Positions 27,829 to 38,681 of a stretch of DNA of 64,000 bases are shown here, in pieces. This DNA is from Alphaproteobacteria bacterium (GTDB taxonomy: Bacteria > Pseudomonadota > Alphaproteobacteria > Bin95): positions 800,001-864,000 of the forward strand of contig OZ219786.1 of assembly GCA_964291285.2 (NCBI GenBank), given 5' to 3'. Made by a program: the position numbers and the translations under genes. The first letter of the stretch is position 1; each line of letters begins with the position of its first letter. The notes under the pieces are model-generated. The model saw only the letters and a program-made list of their open reading frames with translations, had not been told where the DNA came from and did no database searches.

Positions 27829-28596
27829 CTATTCCCGGTAGCCCGGGTCGTCCCGGTCGAGCAGCTCCAGATAGGCGGACCAGTCGTCGTCCCGGCCGGG
27901 CCGGGCCAGGAACTCGTCGAACTGCCGGGCTGTCCTCTCGCAGACCTCGGCCGAGGGCATGTCGAGCCCGTTGCCGGAGGCATGGGCGGCGGCCATCGCG
28001 TCAAGCTGCGAGGCGCAGGCGCGCTCCAGCGCATGAAGCAGCATCCAGGTGCTCGGAATCGATGGTCCGGCGGCGAGCAGGCCGTGGTTCTTCAGCACCA
28101 GCGCGCGCCCCTTTGGGCCGATGTCCCGCGCAATCCGCTCGCGCTCGTCCAGCTCCGTCTCGTCGCTCTCCCAGTCGTGGTAGCCGACGCGGCCGTGGAA
28201 GGCGAGCGCCGTCTGCGAGGCGGGCAGCAGTTCGGTGTCCAGCGAGGAAAGCGCCATGCCCTGCACGGTATGGGTGTGCGCCGTGCAGGCCACGTCGGGC
28301 CGGGCGTCGAGCACGGCCGAATGCAGCATGATGCCAACCGCGTTGAGCGGGCTGCCGGTCTCCAGCGGGTCGCCACCCTCGCGGTCGGTCTTAACCAGGG
28401 AGGATGCCGTGATCTCCTCGAACATGAGGCCGTAAGGGTTGAGGAGGAAGCGGTCGGGCTCGTCCGGCACACGCGCCGAGAAGTGCGTCAGCGCCAGGTC
28501 GGAGAGGTCGTGCTTCGCCGCCAGCCGGAAGACGGCCGCCAGGTTGACGCGCGCCTCCCATTCGGCTTCGGAAACGCGGGAACGGATATCAGGCAT
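27829..28596 (-). CDS. Class II aldolase/adducin family protein
   Basis: THFSARVP, FEEITASSLVK, LHSAV, HTHT, LKNHG. Confidence 0.92.
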   Translation of the reverse strand: MPDIRSRVSEAEWEARVNLAAVFRLAAKHDLSDLALTHFSARVPDEPDRFLLNPYGLMFEEITASSLVKTDREGGDPLETGSPLNAVGIMLHSAVLDARPDVACTAHTHTVQGMALSSLDTELLPASQTALAFHGRVGYHDWESDETELDERERIARDIGPKGRALVLKNHGLLAAGPSIPSTWMLLHALERACASQLDAMAAAHASGNGLDMPSAEVCERTARQFDEFLARPGRDDDWSAYLELLDRDDPGYRE

Positions 28597-28609
28597 GGAT
28601 GCTCCCCGC

Positions 28610-29380
28610 TCAGTACCGCCAGGAGGAATCGGCCCGGTCGAGCAGGCGCAGCTGCGACTCCCAGCCGTCATAGGGGTTGTAGCTGCGGTTGGCCCTCGGG
28701 CGCCTCTCATGCTCGTCGAGGAAGACGTCGGAAAGCGTGGCGAGCGGCGCGCCCGTCGCTTCCGCAAGCATCTGCGTCTTCGCGGCCTTCTCGAGATCGT
28801 AGAGCCGCGCCCAAGCCTCGCGCACGCTGCGTCCGCCGACGAGGAACCCGTGGTTCTTCAGCACCATGACATCCGTGTCGCCCATGTCGGCGATCAGCCG
28901 CTCGCGCTCGTCGAGGTCGAAGGCGATGCCCTCATAGTCGTGATAGGCGATGCGCCCGTGGAATTGCATCGCCTTCTGGTTGAGCGGCCTCAGCCCCTGC
29001 GGCAGCGCCGCCAGCGCAATGCCGGTGCGGGTGTGCGTATGCGCGACGCAGGCGAGGTCGGGCCGCGCCATATGGACCGCCGAGTGGATGGTGAAGCCGG
29101 CGGCGTTGACCCCGTAGCGGTTCTCGCCGAGCAGATTGCCCTCCGTATCCACCTTGACGAGGTTCGACGCCGTCACCTGCTCGAACAAGAGGCCCCAGGG
29201 GTTGAGGAGGAAAGCGTCCTCGTCCCCGGGCACGCGCGCCGAGAGATGCGTGTAGGTGAGATCAGTCATGCCGTGCCGGGCGCAGAGACGGTAAAGCGCG
29301 GCGAGATCGACCCGTATCGCCCATTCCTCCGGGCTGACGCGGTCCTGTATTGAATACTCGGCGGCATGCGAATCGGGCAT
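28610..29380 (-). CDS. Class II aldolase/adducin family protein (tandem paralog)
   Basis: THLSARVP, FEQVTASNLVK, IHSAVH, HTHT, LKNHG. Confidence 0.92.
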   Translation of the reverse strand: MPDSHAAEYSIQDRVSPEEWAIRVDLAALYRLCARHGMTDLTYTHLSARVPGDEDAFLLNPWGLLFEQVTASNLVKVDTEGNLLGENRYGVNAAGFTIHSAVHMARPDLACVAHTHTRTGIALAALPQGLRPLNQKAMQFHGRIAYHDYEGIAFDLDERERLIADMGDTDVMVLKNHGFLVGGRSVREAWARLYDLEKAAKTQMLAEATGAPLATLSDVFLDEHERRPRANRSYNPYDGWESQLRLLDRADSSWRY

Positions 29381-29491
29381 GGCGTGAACTCCTCCATCGC
29401 CCGCGGGCGGACGCAAATCGGCTGCGGTGCTTTCCGGCGCGCGAATTCCGCATAGGATAGCCCGAAATCCGCAAGCGAAGGAACCGCTTCC

Positions 29492-30373
29492 ATGAGCATC
29501 GGCTATGTCGGCCTCGGCAATATGGGCGGGGCGCTGGCCCGCCGCCTCGCGCTTACGCACCCGCTGCGCGTCTTCGACCTGCGCCCGGAGGCGATGCAGG
29601 CGCTGGCGGAGCAGAATTGCACGCCTGTCCAGTCCGCCGCCGCGCTGGGCGAGGAATGCGGAACCGTGCTGACCTGCCTGCCGACCTCGGACCATGTGCG
29701 CCAGGCGGTGTTCGGGCCGGGCGGGCTCGCCGAGGGCATGGCCCCGGGCGGCATCATCCTCGACCAGACGACGGGCGACCCGAATGCCACGCGCGCCATG
29801 GCGGCGGAACTCGCGGAGCGCGGCATCCGGCTGGTCGACGCGCCGGTCTCGGGCGGCAAGCGGGGCGCGGACGCCGGTACCATCGCGATCATGGTCGGCG
29901 CGGAGGAGGCCGACTATGCCGAAGTGCTGCCGATGCTGCACGCCATCAGCCCCAATGTCTTCCATTGCGGCGGCGTCGGCACGGGCCACGTGATGAAGCT
30001 GGTGAACAATGTGACTGCCGCTTCCGCTTATGCGGCCTGCTGCGAGGCGGTGGCCATGGGGGTCAAGAACGGGCTCGACTTCGCCAGGGCCGTCGAGGTG
30101 CTCAACAAGAGCTCGGGCCGGAGCTTCATGTCCGAGGCCATGCTGGCCGCACAGACGGAGGGCCCGCAGCCCTTCGACTTCGCATTGGCGCTGATGCACA
30201 AGGATGTACGCTTGGCGACCCAACTCGGCGCCGACAGCGGCGCGCCCATGTTCGTCGCCAATGTCGTGCGCGAGCTGCACCAGGCCTCGCTCGCCCATCT
30301 CGGCCACGAGGCCGATGTGACCGAGCTGTTGCGCACGGTGGAGCGCAATTCGGATGTGAAGGTCATTCCGTAA
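29492..30373 (+). CDS. NAD(P)-dependent beta-hydroxyacid dehydrogenase (HIBADH family)
   Basis: GYVGLGNMG, DAPVSGG, KLVNN, LMHKD. Confidence 0.92.
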   Translation: MSIGYVGLGNMGGALARRLALTHPLRVFDLRPEAMQALAEQNCTPVQSAAALGEECGTVLTCLPTSDHVRQAVFGPGGLAEGMAPGGIILDQTTGDPNATRAMAAELAERGIRLVDAPVSGGKRGADAGTIAIMVGAEEADYAEVLPMLHAISPNVFHCGGVGTGHVMKLVNNVTAASAYAACCEAVAMGVKNGLDFARAVEVLNKSSGRSFMSEAMLAAQTEGPQPFDFALALMHKDVRLATQLGADSGAPMFVANVVRELHQASLAHLGHEADVTELLRTVERNSDVKVIP

Positions 30374-30406
30374 GGGGCCAGGCGACCCGGCGGCGCACCT
30401 GCCGGC

Positions 30407-30434
30407 TTGACGCGGCGATGCCCATTCCTAGATT
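30407..30434 (+). promoter_or_regulatory. Putative sigma70 promoter of thrS
   Basis: TTGACG-N16-TAGATT, 36 bp before the thrS ATG. Confidence 0.5.
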
Positions 30435-30470
30435 GCGGCCTTTCCGAAATCCGGAACATCTGCCAAGCCG

Positions 30471-32399
30471 ATGAGCGACATCGCCCTGACAATGCCTGAC
30501 GGCTCCGTGCGCCCCTTCGCGCGCGGGAGCACCGGCGCCGACCTGGCGGCGGCCATTTCCAGAAGCCTCGCGAAGCGCGCGGTCGCCATCCGCGTGGGCG
30601 GTGCGCTGCGCGATCTCGCCGAGCCGCTCACGGAGGACGGCGCCATCGAGATCGTGACCCGCGACGATCCGGACGGCCTCGACCTCATCCGGCACGATGC
30701 CGCCCATGCGCTGGCCGAGGCGGCGAAGGAGCTCTATCCGGAGATCCAGATCACCATCGGCCCGGTGATCGAGAACGGCTTCTACTACGACTTCTCGCGC
30801 GGCGAGCCGTTCACGCCGGACGACCTGGCATTGCTGGAAGAGCGGATGCGCGAGATCGTGGACCGCGATGAGCCGATCGCCCGCGAGGTCTGGGACCGCG
30901 ACGAGGCCGCCCGCTTCTTCGAGGGCGAGGGCGAGCACTACAAGGCGGAGATCATCCGTTCTATCCCGTCGGAGGAACCGATCACGCTCTACCGCCAGGG
31001 CGGCTTCCTCGACCTCTGCCGGGGGCCGCACCTGCCCTCCACGGGGCGGCTCGGCAAGGCGTTCAAGCTGATGAGCGTGGCCGGCGCCTACTGGCGCGGC
31101 GACCACCGCAACGAGATGCTGCAGCGCATTTACGGTACGGCCTGGCGCACCGAAAAGGAGCTCAGGGCCTATCTGGAGCGCCTGGAGGAGGCCGAACGGC
31201 GCGACCACCGCCGCCTCGGGCGCGAGATGGGCCTGTTCCACCTCCAGGAGGAAGCCGCGGGTTCGGTCTTCTGGATGCCCAAGGGCTGGACGCTGTTCCG
31301 CGTCTGCGAGGACTATATGCGTATGCGCCTCGACGCGAACGGCTATGTCGAGGTGAAGACGCCGCAGCTCCTCGACCGCGCGCTCTGGGAAGCCTCGGGC
31401 CACTGGGAGAAGTTCCGCGAGCATATGTTCGTGGCCGAGGCGGCCGAGGACCGGCTGTTCGCGCTCAAGCCGATGAATTGCCCGGGCCATGTGCAGATCT
31501 TCAAGCAGGGCATTAAGAGCTACCGCGACCTGCCGCTTCGCATGGCCGAGTTCGGCGCCTGCCACCGCAACGAGCCCTCGGGCGCGCTGCACGGCATCAT
31601 GCGGGTGCGCGCCTTCACCCAGGACGACGCCCATATCTTCGCCACCGAGGACCAGGTGACAGCGGAGACCGAGCGCTTCTGCGCGCTGCTCACCAGCATC
31701 TACGCGGATTTCGGCTTCGAGGATGTGCTGGTGAAATTCTCCGACCGCCCGGAGGTGCGAGCGGGCGAAGACGAGGTCTGGGACAAGGCCGAGACCGCGC
31801 TGCTGGACGCTGTCAACGCCGCCGGGCTTGAAGTCGAGCTCAATCCCGGCGAGGGCGCGTTCTATGGCCCCAAGCTCGAATTCGTGCTGCGCGATGCCAT
31901 CGGCCGGGACTGGCAGTGCGGCACCTTCCAGGTCGATTTCGTGTTGCCCGAGCGGCTGAACGCCACCTATGTGGACGAGAGCGGCGAGCGGCGCCGGCCG
32001 GTCATGCTGCATCGGGCCATTCTGGGCTCCTTCGAGCGCTTCATCGGCGTGCTTATCGAGCATTACGCCGGGCGGTTTCCGCTCTGGCTGGCGCCGGTGC
32101 AGGCGGTGGTGGCCACGATCACGAGCGACGCCGACAACTATGCGCGCGAGGTGTTCGCCCGGCTGAGGGAGGCGGGACTGCGCGCCGAACTCGACCTGCG
32201 CAACGAAAAAATCGGCTACAAGGTCCGCGAACATTCGGTCGCGAAGGTGCCGGTCATGCTTGTCGTCGGACGCCGCGAGGCCGAGCAGGGAACGGCGGCG
32301 TTGCGCCGGCTCGGGTCGAAGGAGCAAGAAATACTTGCAGTTGCCGACTCGATACATACCCTGTTGGAAGAAGCGGCGGTCCCGAGCCGGGGCCGCTAG
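30471..32399 (+). CDS. thrS: Threonine--tRNA ligase
   Basis: TGS domain, [37 protein letters not shown]. Confidence 0.98.
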   Translation: MSDIALTMPDGSVRPFARGSTGADLAAAISRSLAKRAVAIRVGGALRDLAEPLTEDGAIEIVTRDDPDGLDLIRHDAAHALAEAAKELYPEIQITIGPVIENGFYYDFSRGEPFTPDDLALLEERMREIVDRDEPIAREVWDRDEAARFFEGEGEHYKAEIIRSIPSEEPITLYRQGGFLDLCRGPHLPSTGRLGKAFKLMSVAGAYWRGDHRNEMLQRIYGTAWRTEKELRAYLERLEEAERRDHRRLGREMGLFHLQEEAAGSVFWMPKGWTLFRVCEDYMRMRLDANGYVEVKTPQLLDRALWEASGHWEKFREHMFVAEAAEDRLFALKPMNCPGHVQIFKQGIKSYRDLPLRMAEFGACHRNEPSGALHGIMRVRAFTQDDAHIFATEDQVTAETERFCALLTSIYADFGFEDVLVKFSDRPEVRAGEDEVWDKAETALLDAVNAAGLEVELNPGEGAFYGPKLEFVLRDAIGRDWQCGTFQVDFVLPERLNATYVDESGERRRPVMLHRAILGSFERFIGVLIEHYAGRFPLWLAPVQAVVATITSDADNYAREVFARLREAGLRAELDLRNEKIGYKVREHSVAKVPVMLVVGRREAEQGTAALRRLGSKEQEILAVADSIHTLLEEAAVPSRGR

Positions 32400-32426
32400 C
32401 GGGAAAGAGCGAGAAGGAGACGGTCC

Positions 32427-32963
32427 ATAGCTCGATACACGTCTACAGTGCCGCCCAAGAAGGAAGGGCCGCGCGTGAATGAGGACATCGAAGCGCGGTC
32501 GGTCCGCCTGGTCGGCGCTGACGGCAGCATGCTCGGTGTTGTGGAGATCGACGAAGCGCTGGGAGCGGCCGAGGCCGCAGGCCTCGACCTGGTGGAGGTC
32601 TCGCCCAATGCGGAGCCGCCGGTTTGCAAGGTCCTCGATTACGGGCGTTTCAAATACGAAGCGCAGAAAAAGAAGAACGAGGCGCGCAAGAAGCAGAAGA
32701 CCATCGAGGTCAAGGAAATCAAGATGCGTCCCGGGATCGAGCAGCATGACTACGATACCAAGATGCGCTCGGTCCGGCGGTTCCTCGACGAAGGCGACAA
32801 GGTGAAGGTGACCCTGCGCTTCCGCGGACGGGAGCTGGCCCATCAGGAAGTCGGCCGCGCCGTTCTGCAACGGGTGCAGAACGAGCTCGGCGAGCTGGTT
32901 AAGGTCGAGCAGTTCCCCAAGATGGAAGGGCGGCAGATGGTTATGGTGATGTCGCCGCGCTGA
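32427..32963 (+). CDS. infC: Translation initiation factor IF-3, probable non-canonical ATA start
   Basis: [35 protein letters not shown] lies 6 nt before the in-frame ATA at 32427. Confidence 0.96.
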   Translation: MARYTSTVPPKKEGPRVNEDIEARSVRLVGADGSMLGVVEIDEALGAAEAAGLDLVEVSPNAEPPVCKVLDYGRFKYEAQKKKNEARKKQKTIEVKEIKMRPGIEQHDYDTKMRSVRRFLDEGDKVKVTLRFRGRELAHQEVGRAVLQRVQNELGELVKVEQFPKMEGRQMVMVMSPR

Positions 32964-33021
32964 CCCTTCGCCGGCATTTGCAATCGCCGGCGGGTGCGAC
33001 GGCATAGCCGCCGCGCCGGCC

Positions 33022-33050
33022 TTGCGCCCCGCTCCGGGGCCGGCTATACC
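33022..33050 (+). promoter_or_regulatory. Putative sigma70 promoter of rpmI-rplT
   Basis: TTGCGC-N17-TATACC. Confidence 0.45.
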
Positions 33051-33133
33051 GCGCGCCTTCGGAACGGATGGTCCGGCGCGTATCAGGGCATGCCCGGCCG
33101 TCCTGAATCCGCCTTTGCTGCAAGGACAGGAAA

Positions 33134-33331
33134 ATGCCCAAGCTCAAGACGAAGAGCAGCACGAAGGGCCGGTTCAAGAAGACCGGCTCCGGCAAGGTGC
33201 TGATGAACCACGCCTACAAGCGCCACTGCCTCGCCAACAAGTCGAAGCGGATGAAGCGCCAGGCGCGCGGAACCACGGCGATGTCGAAGCCGGACGCGAA
33301 GGTCGTGCTCCGCTTCATGCCATACGCCTGA
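33134..33331 (+). CDS. rpmI: 50S ribosomal protein L35
   Basis: [21 protein letters not shown]. Confidence 0.97.
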   Translation: MPKLKTKSSTKGRFKKTGSGKVLMNHAYKRHCLANKSKRMKRQARGTTAMSKPDAKVVLRFMPYA

Positions 33332-33349
33332 GCGGGGGGATCGCAAGCC

Positions 33350-33706
33350 ATGTCCCGCATCAAGGGCGGCGCCGGCAACCGCCGCCGGCACAAGAAGGTC
33401 CTGGCCCAGGCGAAAGGCTATCGCGGCCGGGCGAAGAACAATTTCCGTATCGCCATCGAGCGCGTCGAGCGCGGGCTGCAATACGCCTACCGGGACCGCC
33501 GGACGCGCAAGCGCAACTTCCGCTCGCTCTGGATCCAGCGCATCAACGCCGCCGTCCGCGAGCACGGGCTCACCTATTCCGCCTTCATGGACGGCATCGC
33601 CAAGGCCGGGATCGAGGTGGACCGCAAGGTGCTCGCCGACCTCGCCGTCCGCGAGCCGGAGTCCTTCAAGGCGCTGGTGGAGCAGGCGCGGGCCGCGCGC
33701 GCCTGA
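33350..33706 (+). CDS. rplT: 50S ribosomal protein L20
   Basis: [35 protein letters not shown]. Confidence 0.98.
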   Translation: MSRIKGGAGNRRRHKKVLAQAKGYRGRAKNNFRIAIERVERGLQYAYRDRRTRKRNFRSLWIQRINAAVREHGLTYSAFMDGIAKAGIEVDRKVLADLAVREPESFKALVEQARAARA

Positions 33707-33735
33707 AGGCGTTTCCCGGGTAAAGAGGGCCTTCC

Positions 33736-34812
33736 ATGTCGGACGAATTGACGGCGCTCCGGGACGAGCTGGAGGGTGCCGTGCAGGCGGCCGACAGCCT
33801 GGAGGCGCTGGAGGATGTGCGGGTGCGCGCGCTCGGCCGGCGCGGCTCCGTCACCGGGCTGATGAAGAACCTCGGCCGGGCCGCGCCCGGGGAGCGGCGC
33901 GAGCGCGGCCAGGCCCTCAACCGGCTGAAGCAGGCGGTGTCGGACGCCATCGACGCCCGCAGGGCGGCGCTGGCGGAGGCGGACCTGGAGCGCCGCCTCG
34001 CCTCCGAGCGCATCGACGTCACGCTGCCCGCCCGGCCCGCGCCCGAAGGCAGCCTCCACCCGATCTCGCAGACCATCGACGAGATCACGCAGATATTCGG
34101 CGAGATGGGCTTCCGCTGGGCCGAGGGGCCGGACATCGAGGACGACTGGTACAATTTCACCGCCCTCAACATTCCGCCCGAGCATCCCGCGCGCCAGGAG
34201 ATGGACACCTTCTATCTCGCCGGCGAGGCCGGGTCGCGGCCGGTGCTGCGCACCCATACGAGCCCGGTGCAGATCCGCACCATGCAGGCCGCGCCGCCGC
34301 CGCTCCGCGTCATCGTCCCGGGCCGCACCTACCGCTCCGACCATGACGCCACCCACTCGCCCATGTTCCACCAGGTCGAGGGGCTGGCGATCGGCAAGTC
34401 GATCCATATGGGCCACCTCAAGGGCTGCCTGATCGCCTTCTGCCGCGCCTTTTTCGGCGTGGCGGACCTGCCGGTGCGCTTCCGGCCGAGCCATTTCCCG
34501 TTCACCGAGCCCTCGGCGGAGGTGGATATCGGCTGCACGCGCGAGGGCGGGCAGCTGCGCATCGGCGCGGGCGGCGACTGGCTGGAGATCCTCGGCTCCG
34601 GCATGGTGCATCCGAAGGTGATCGCCAATTGCGGCCTCGACCCGGAAGAGTGGCAGGGCTTCGCCTTCGGCATGGGCATCGAGCGGATCGCCATGCTGAA
34701 ATACGGCATTCCCGACCTGCGCACCATGTATGACTCGGACCTGCGCTGGCTCCGGCATTACGGCTTCCGGCCGCTGGACATTCCCGGCCTGATCGCGGAG
34801 GCGGCAGAGTGA
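33736..34812 (+). CDS. pheS: Phenylalanine--tRNA ligase alpha subunit
   Basis: [43 protein letters not shown]. Confidence 0.98.
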   Translation: MSDELTALRDELEGAVQAADSLEALEDVRVRALGRRGSVTGLMKNLGRAAPGERRERGQALNRLKQAVSDAIDARRAALAEADLERRLASERIDVTLPARPAPEGSLHPISQTIDEITQIFGEMGFRWAEGPDIEDDWYNFTALNIPPEHPARQEMDTFYLAGEAGSRPVLRTHTSPVQIRTMQAAPPPLRVIVPGRTYRSDHDATHSPMFHQVEGLAIGKSIHMGHLKGCLIAFCRAFFGVADLPVRFRPSHFPFTEPSAEVDIGCTREGGQLRIGAGGDWLEILGSGMVHPKVIANCGLDPEEWQGFAFGMGIERIAMLKYGIPDLRTMYDSDLRWLRHYGFRPLDIPGLIAEAAE

Positions 34813-37226
34813 AGTTCACCTTCTCCTGGCTGAAGGACCATCTCGACACCGAGGCCGCGCTCGACGAGGTCTGCGAGGCGCTGACCATGCTCGGCCTCGA
34901 GGTGGACGGCGTCGAGGACCGCGCCCGCGACCTGGCCGCCTTCACGACGGCGCGCGTGCTCTCCGCCGAGCCGCATCCGCAGGCGGACCGCCTCCGCGTC
35001 TGCCTGGTGGATACGGGCGCGGAAGAGGTTCAGGTCGTCTGCGGCGCGCCGAACGCGCATACCGGCATGATGGGCGTGTTCGCGCCTTCCGGAAGCTGGA
35101 TACCGGGCACGGCGCTACGGCTGAAGAAAACGGCGATCCGCGGCGTCGAGAGCAACGGCATGCTGCTTTCCGAGCGCGAACTCGGCGTCTCGGACGAGCA
35201 TGAGGGCATCGTCGAACTGCCGGCGGATACCCCGCTCGGCGCGCCCTATGCGCGCGTCGCCGGGCTCGACGACCCGGTGATCGAGATCGGGCTCACGCCC
35301 AATCGCGGCGACTGCGCCGGCATTCGCGGCATCGCCCGCGACCTTGCCGCAAGGGGCCTCGGCGCGCTCAAGGGCGTGCCCGGCTGGGGCGAGACCGTGC
35401 CGGGCGCCTTCGAGAGCCCGGTCGCCGTGCGCCTCGAACTCGGCGGCCGGCCCGAGGCCTGCCCGCTCTTCGCCGGGCGCTATGTCCGGGGCGTGAGCAA
35501 CGGCCCGTCGCCGAAATGGGTCCAGGACCGCCTGCGCGCCGTGGGCCTGCGCCCGATCTCCGCGCTGGTCGATATCACCAATTATTTCACCCTGGACATG
35601 GGCCGCCCGCTGCATGTGTTCGACGCGGACCGGCTGGAGGGCGACGTGGTGGTGCGCATGGGCCGGGACGGCGAGGAGATCGACGCGCTGGACGGCCGCC
35701 GCTACACGGCCGACGCGGACATGACGCTTATTTGCGACGAGGCGAAGGGCAACGCCTTTGGCGGCATCATGGGCGGCGAAGCGACGGGCTGCACCGGAGA
35801 CACGGTCAATGTCTTCCTGGAAAGCGCGCTGTTCGACCCGCTGCGCACCGCCGCCACTGGCCGCAGGATCGGCGTGCAGAGCGATGCGCGCTACCGCTTC
35901 GAGCGCGGCGTCGATCCGACCTCGGCCGTGGCCGGCATGGAGGCCGCCACGCGCATGATCCTCGACTTCTGCGGCGGCGAGGCGAGCCGGCCGGTCGTCG
36001 CCGGCGGGGAGCCGGACTGGCGGCGGCGCTACCGCTTCCGTCCGGAGCGGGTGGAGAGCCTGGGCGGCGTTGCGGTGCCGGCGGCGCGGAGCGTCGAAAT
36101 CCTCCGGGCGCTCGGCTTCGGCGTCGAGGACGGGGACGGCGCGATGTCGGTCGCCCCGCCGCCCTGGCGGCCGGACATTCTGGGCGAGGCCGACCTTGTG
36201 GAGGAAGTGCTTCGGGTCCATGGCTTCGAGCACATCCCGGTGGCCGACTTCCCGGCCCCGACCGTGCTGCCGGCCCCGGCGCTCACCCGCGCGGCGGCGC
36301 GCGCGGCAAAGCTGCGCCGGGCGCTTGCGGCGGCCGGCATGGCCGAGGCCGTCACCTTCTCCTTCATGCCGGCGGGCCGGGCGGCGCTGTTCGGCGGCGG
36401 CGACGCCCTGCTCCGGCTCGACAACCCGATCAGCACCGATCTCGACTGCATGCGCCCCTCCATCCTGCCGAACCTGCTGGACGCCGCCCGGCGCAACGCC
36501 GACGGCGGGCGGGCGGCGGGCGCGCTGTTCGAGGTGGGCCCCGTGTTCCGCCCGGAGGCCGCGGCCATCGAGCCGGACGGGCAGCTGCAGGCCGCCGGCG
36601 GCGTCAGATGGGGCGCCACGCCCCGCCACTGGAGCGAGCGCCCGCGCCCCGTGGATGCGCTCGACGCCAAGGCGGACGCGCTCGCCGCGCTGGCGGCGCT
36701 CGAGGCGCCCGTGGACAAGCTGCGCACGACCGCGGACGCGCCGGCCTGGTTCCATCCCGGCCGCTCGGGCGCGCTCAGGCTGGGCGCGGTCGCGCTGGCC
36801 TGGTTCGGCGAGCTGCATCCCCGCGTGCTGGAGGCCTTCGATGCGACCGGCCCCCTGGCGGCGTTCGAGGCCTTCCCCGACGCCGTGCCGGTGCCGAGGA
36901 CGAAGGCCGGCGGCAAGCTTCGCCCGGCTCTCAGCCGCTCCGCCTTCCAGCCGGTCGAGCGCGACTTCGCCTTCGTGGTCGCCGAGGAGGTCGAGGCCGA
37001 CAGCGTGCTGCGCGCGGTGCGCAATGCGGACAAGGCGCTGATCTCGGACGCGGCGGTGTTCGACGTCTATCGCGGCAAGGGCATCGAGCAGGGGCGCAAG
37101 TCGCTCGCCGTCGCCGTCACCCTCCAGCCGCAGGACGCCACCCTGACCGACGCCGACCTCGAAGCCGCCTCTGCCCGCATCGTCGCCGCCGTCGGCAAGG
37201 CCACGGGGGCCGTGCTGCGAGGCTGA
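34809..37226 (+). CDS. pheT: Phenylalanine--tRNA ligase beta subunit
   Basis: [27 protein letters not shown]-terminal FDX-ACB domain. Confidence 0.98.
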   Translation: MKFTFSWLKDHLDTEAALDEVCEALTMLGLEVDGVEDRARDLAAFTTARVLSAEPHPQADRLRVCLVDTGAEEVQVVCGAPNAHTGMMGVFAPSGSWIPGTALRLKKTAIRGVESNGMLLSERELGVSDEHEGIVELPADTPLGAPYARVAGLDDPVIEIGLTPNRGDCAGIRGIARDLAARGLGALKGVPGWGETVPGAFESPVAVRLELGGRPEACPLFAGRYVRGVSNGPSPKWVQDRLRAVGLRPISALVDITNYFTLDMGRPLHVFDADRLEGDVVVRMGRDGEEIDALDGRRYTADADMTLICDEAKGNAFGGIMGGEATGCTGDTVNVFLESALFDPLRTAATGRRIGVQSDARYRFERGVDPTSAVAGMEAATRMILDFCGGEASRPVVAGGEPDWRRRYRFRPERVESLGGVAVPAARSVEILRALGFGVEDGDGAMSVAPPPWRPDILGEADLVEEVLRVHGFEHIPVADFPAPTVLPAPALTRAAARAAKLRRALAAAGMAEAVTFSFMPAGRAALFGGGDALLRLDNPISTDLDCMRPSILPNLLDAARRNADGGRAAGALFEVGPVFRPEAAAIEPDGQLQAAGGVRWGATPRHWSERPRPVDALDAKADALAALAALEAPVDKLRTTADAPAWFHPGRSGALRLGAVALAWFGELHPRVLEAFDATGPLAAFEAFPDAVPVPRTKAGGKLRPALSRSAFQPVERDFAFVVAEEVEADSVLRAVRNADKALISDAAVFDVYRGKGIEQGRKSLAVAVTLQPQDATLTDADLEAASARIVAAVGKATGAVLRG

Positions 37227-37282
37227 GGCGGCGGCCCGTCCGGGCCGGAGCGGCGCATTCGGAAATAATTCTGGCTTGGCGG

Positions 37283-37315
37283 TTGACATTCGCCGTTTTT
37301 ATTCTATATTTGTTC
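37283..37315 (+). promoter_or_regulatory. Sigma70 promoter with near-consensus LexA (SOS) box
   Basis: TTGACA-TTCGCCGTTTTT-ATTC-TATATTT-GTTC; same layout as 15282-15314. Confidence 0.72.
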
Positions 37316-37434
37316 TCGCGTAGCTTCGTTTCCCGAAACGTGGCGGGCGCGTATGCCGGGGTCCTTCGGGGCCTCCGGGAGCGGCAGACGGGGTCGCCGC
37401 TCCGGTGTGCAGCGCGCCCGCGCCACCCGCCGGG

Positions 37435-37638
37435 CCGCCGGCCGAGGGCATGCCGGCAAACCGGTGGGGTGCGCCTGCGCGGACCCCGGGCGGGGCTTTG
37501 CGACGCCCGACCTGTCCGCCCGCGGCCCGGAAGGGACCGCCGGCGGAGGGCCTGCCGGCGGACCGGCGGGAGGCGTCCGCGACGGCCCCGGACGGGACCT
37601 TGCGACGCCGAACCTGTCCGCCAGCGGCCCGGAGAGGG
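37435..37638 (+). repeat. Imperfect tandem repeat, 2 x 102 bp
   Basis: Units start at 37435 and 37537 and share CCGCCGGC.GAGGGC.TGCCGGC and TTGCGACGCC..ACCTGTCCGCC.GCGGCCCGGA. Confidence 0.8.
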
Positions 37639-37675
37639 GCGCCGGCGGGTCGAAATGAGAATGGGAGAACGACCG

Positions 37676-38128
37676 ATGACGAACGAACGGAACGACCCGG
37701 CGGCCGGCGCGCTGCCGGAGGACGCGCTGCCGGCGCCGAAACAGGGCCGGGCCGCGAGCCTGGAGGTGCGCGGCCTGGCGGTGGCGGCCGTATTGCGCGG
37801 CGGCGCGACTGTGGCGGCGGCGGCGCGGACCTTCGGGGTGGAGGAAAGGAGCGTCCAGCGGTGGCTGAAGCAGTTCCGGGAGCGCGGCCATCTGCGGCCC
37901 GGCAGATCGGGCGGCAGCGAGTCGCGGACCGAGCGGTACCGGGACATCATCTTCCGCGTCCTGGCGGCGCAGCCGGGGCTTTCCAGCTACGGACTGCGGG
38001 ACGCGCTGGCGGCCGAGGGCGTCCATTTCCACGCGAGGACGCTGCAGCGCTTCCTGAGGCGCCACGGCCTGGCCGGCAGGAACAACCGCTCCCGCGCCCT
38101 CCTCGACCAACCGGCGCAACCGGCCTGA
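37676..38128 (+). CDS. Stand-alone IS630-OrfA-like helix-turn-helix protein (copy 2)
   Basis: AVAAVLRGGATVAAAARTFGVEERSVQRWL.QFRERGH...TLQRFLRRH; GGAGA RBS; aligns without gaps to 14579-15052. Confidence 0.75.
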   Translation: MTNERNDPAAGALPEDALPAPKQGRAASLEVRGLAVAAVLRGGATVAAAARTFGVEERSVQRWLKQFRERGHLRPGRSGGSESRTERYRDIIFRVLAAQPGLSSYGLRDALAAEGVHFHARTLQRFLRRHGLAGRNNRSRALLDQPAQPA

Positions 38129-38212
38129 GGGACGGAAACACGGCCTCCGGCCCCGAGCCACGGCTGTCCGGTTGATGCTCTATCTCGTCGCCCCGGCCCC
38201 CGCCGGCCCCAC

Positions 38213-38363
38213 CCCTCATCCTGAGTAGCGACCGCGCCAGCGGGCGCGTATCGAAGGGCCTGTCCTGAGCCTGCCGAAGGGGACCGTCCCGAACTGCCGG
38301 CAGCCGTCCTTCGATACGCGCCGGCCTTCTCAGGGCGAAGGCCGGCGCTACTCAGGATGAGGG
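38213..38363. repeat. REP/RIME-like extragenic palindromic element
   Basis: Outer 18-bp perfect stem CCCTCATCCTGAGTAGCG/CGCTACTCAGGATGAGGG; inner 15-bp stem GGCGCGTATCGAAGG/CCTTCGATACGCGCC; nested CCTGAGCCTGCCGAAGGG. Confidence 0.85.
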
Positions 38364-38681
38364 ACGCCGGGCGGTCGAACCCGGGCCTTGCGTCCTGCCC
38401 GCTGAATCCAAACCGGACAGCAATGGCCCCCGAGCCGGGGTGGCGGAGGAGGCTGTGCGAACGACACTGTTTCAACCCGAACGGATCGTGCTCTAACGTC
38501 CCGCGAGTTGGAGCCAGAACCAGAAAAGGGCGAAAAGCACCGGCTGGTGCAGCAGGTAGTAAACGAGGCTGTGGCGGCCGATGAAACGAACGGCGTTTCC
38601 GGACCATCCCTCAAGTCTCGGCACCGCCAGGACCTGCAGCCAGCCTGCCCGATGGCACAATTTCGCCGCTCCCACGCCTAG

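Noticed and set aside
37227-37300. tRNA or integrase attachment site after pheT
   Set aside because: No cloverleaf, integrase or flanking direct repeat was recognised.
37435-37638. Possible CRISPR array (also considered for 42988-43050)
   Set aside because: Repeats are adjacent with no unique spacers, only 2-3 units, and no cas genes are present.
35516-37654. 870-aa ORF suggesting a pheT-overlapping or frameshift fusion to the HTH domain
   Set aside because: Only the last about 150 aa are protein-like. The HTH has its own promoter and RBS, and pheT ends normally at 37226.
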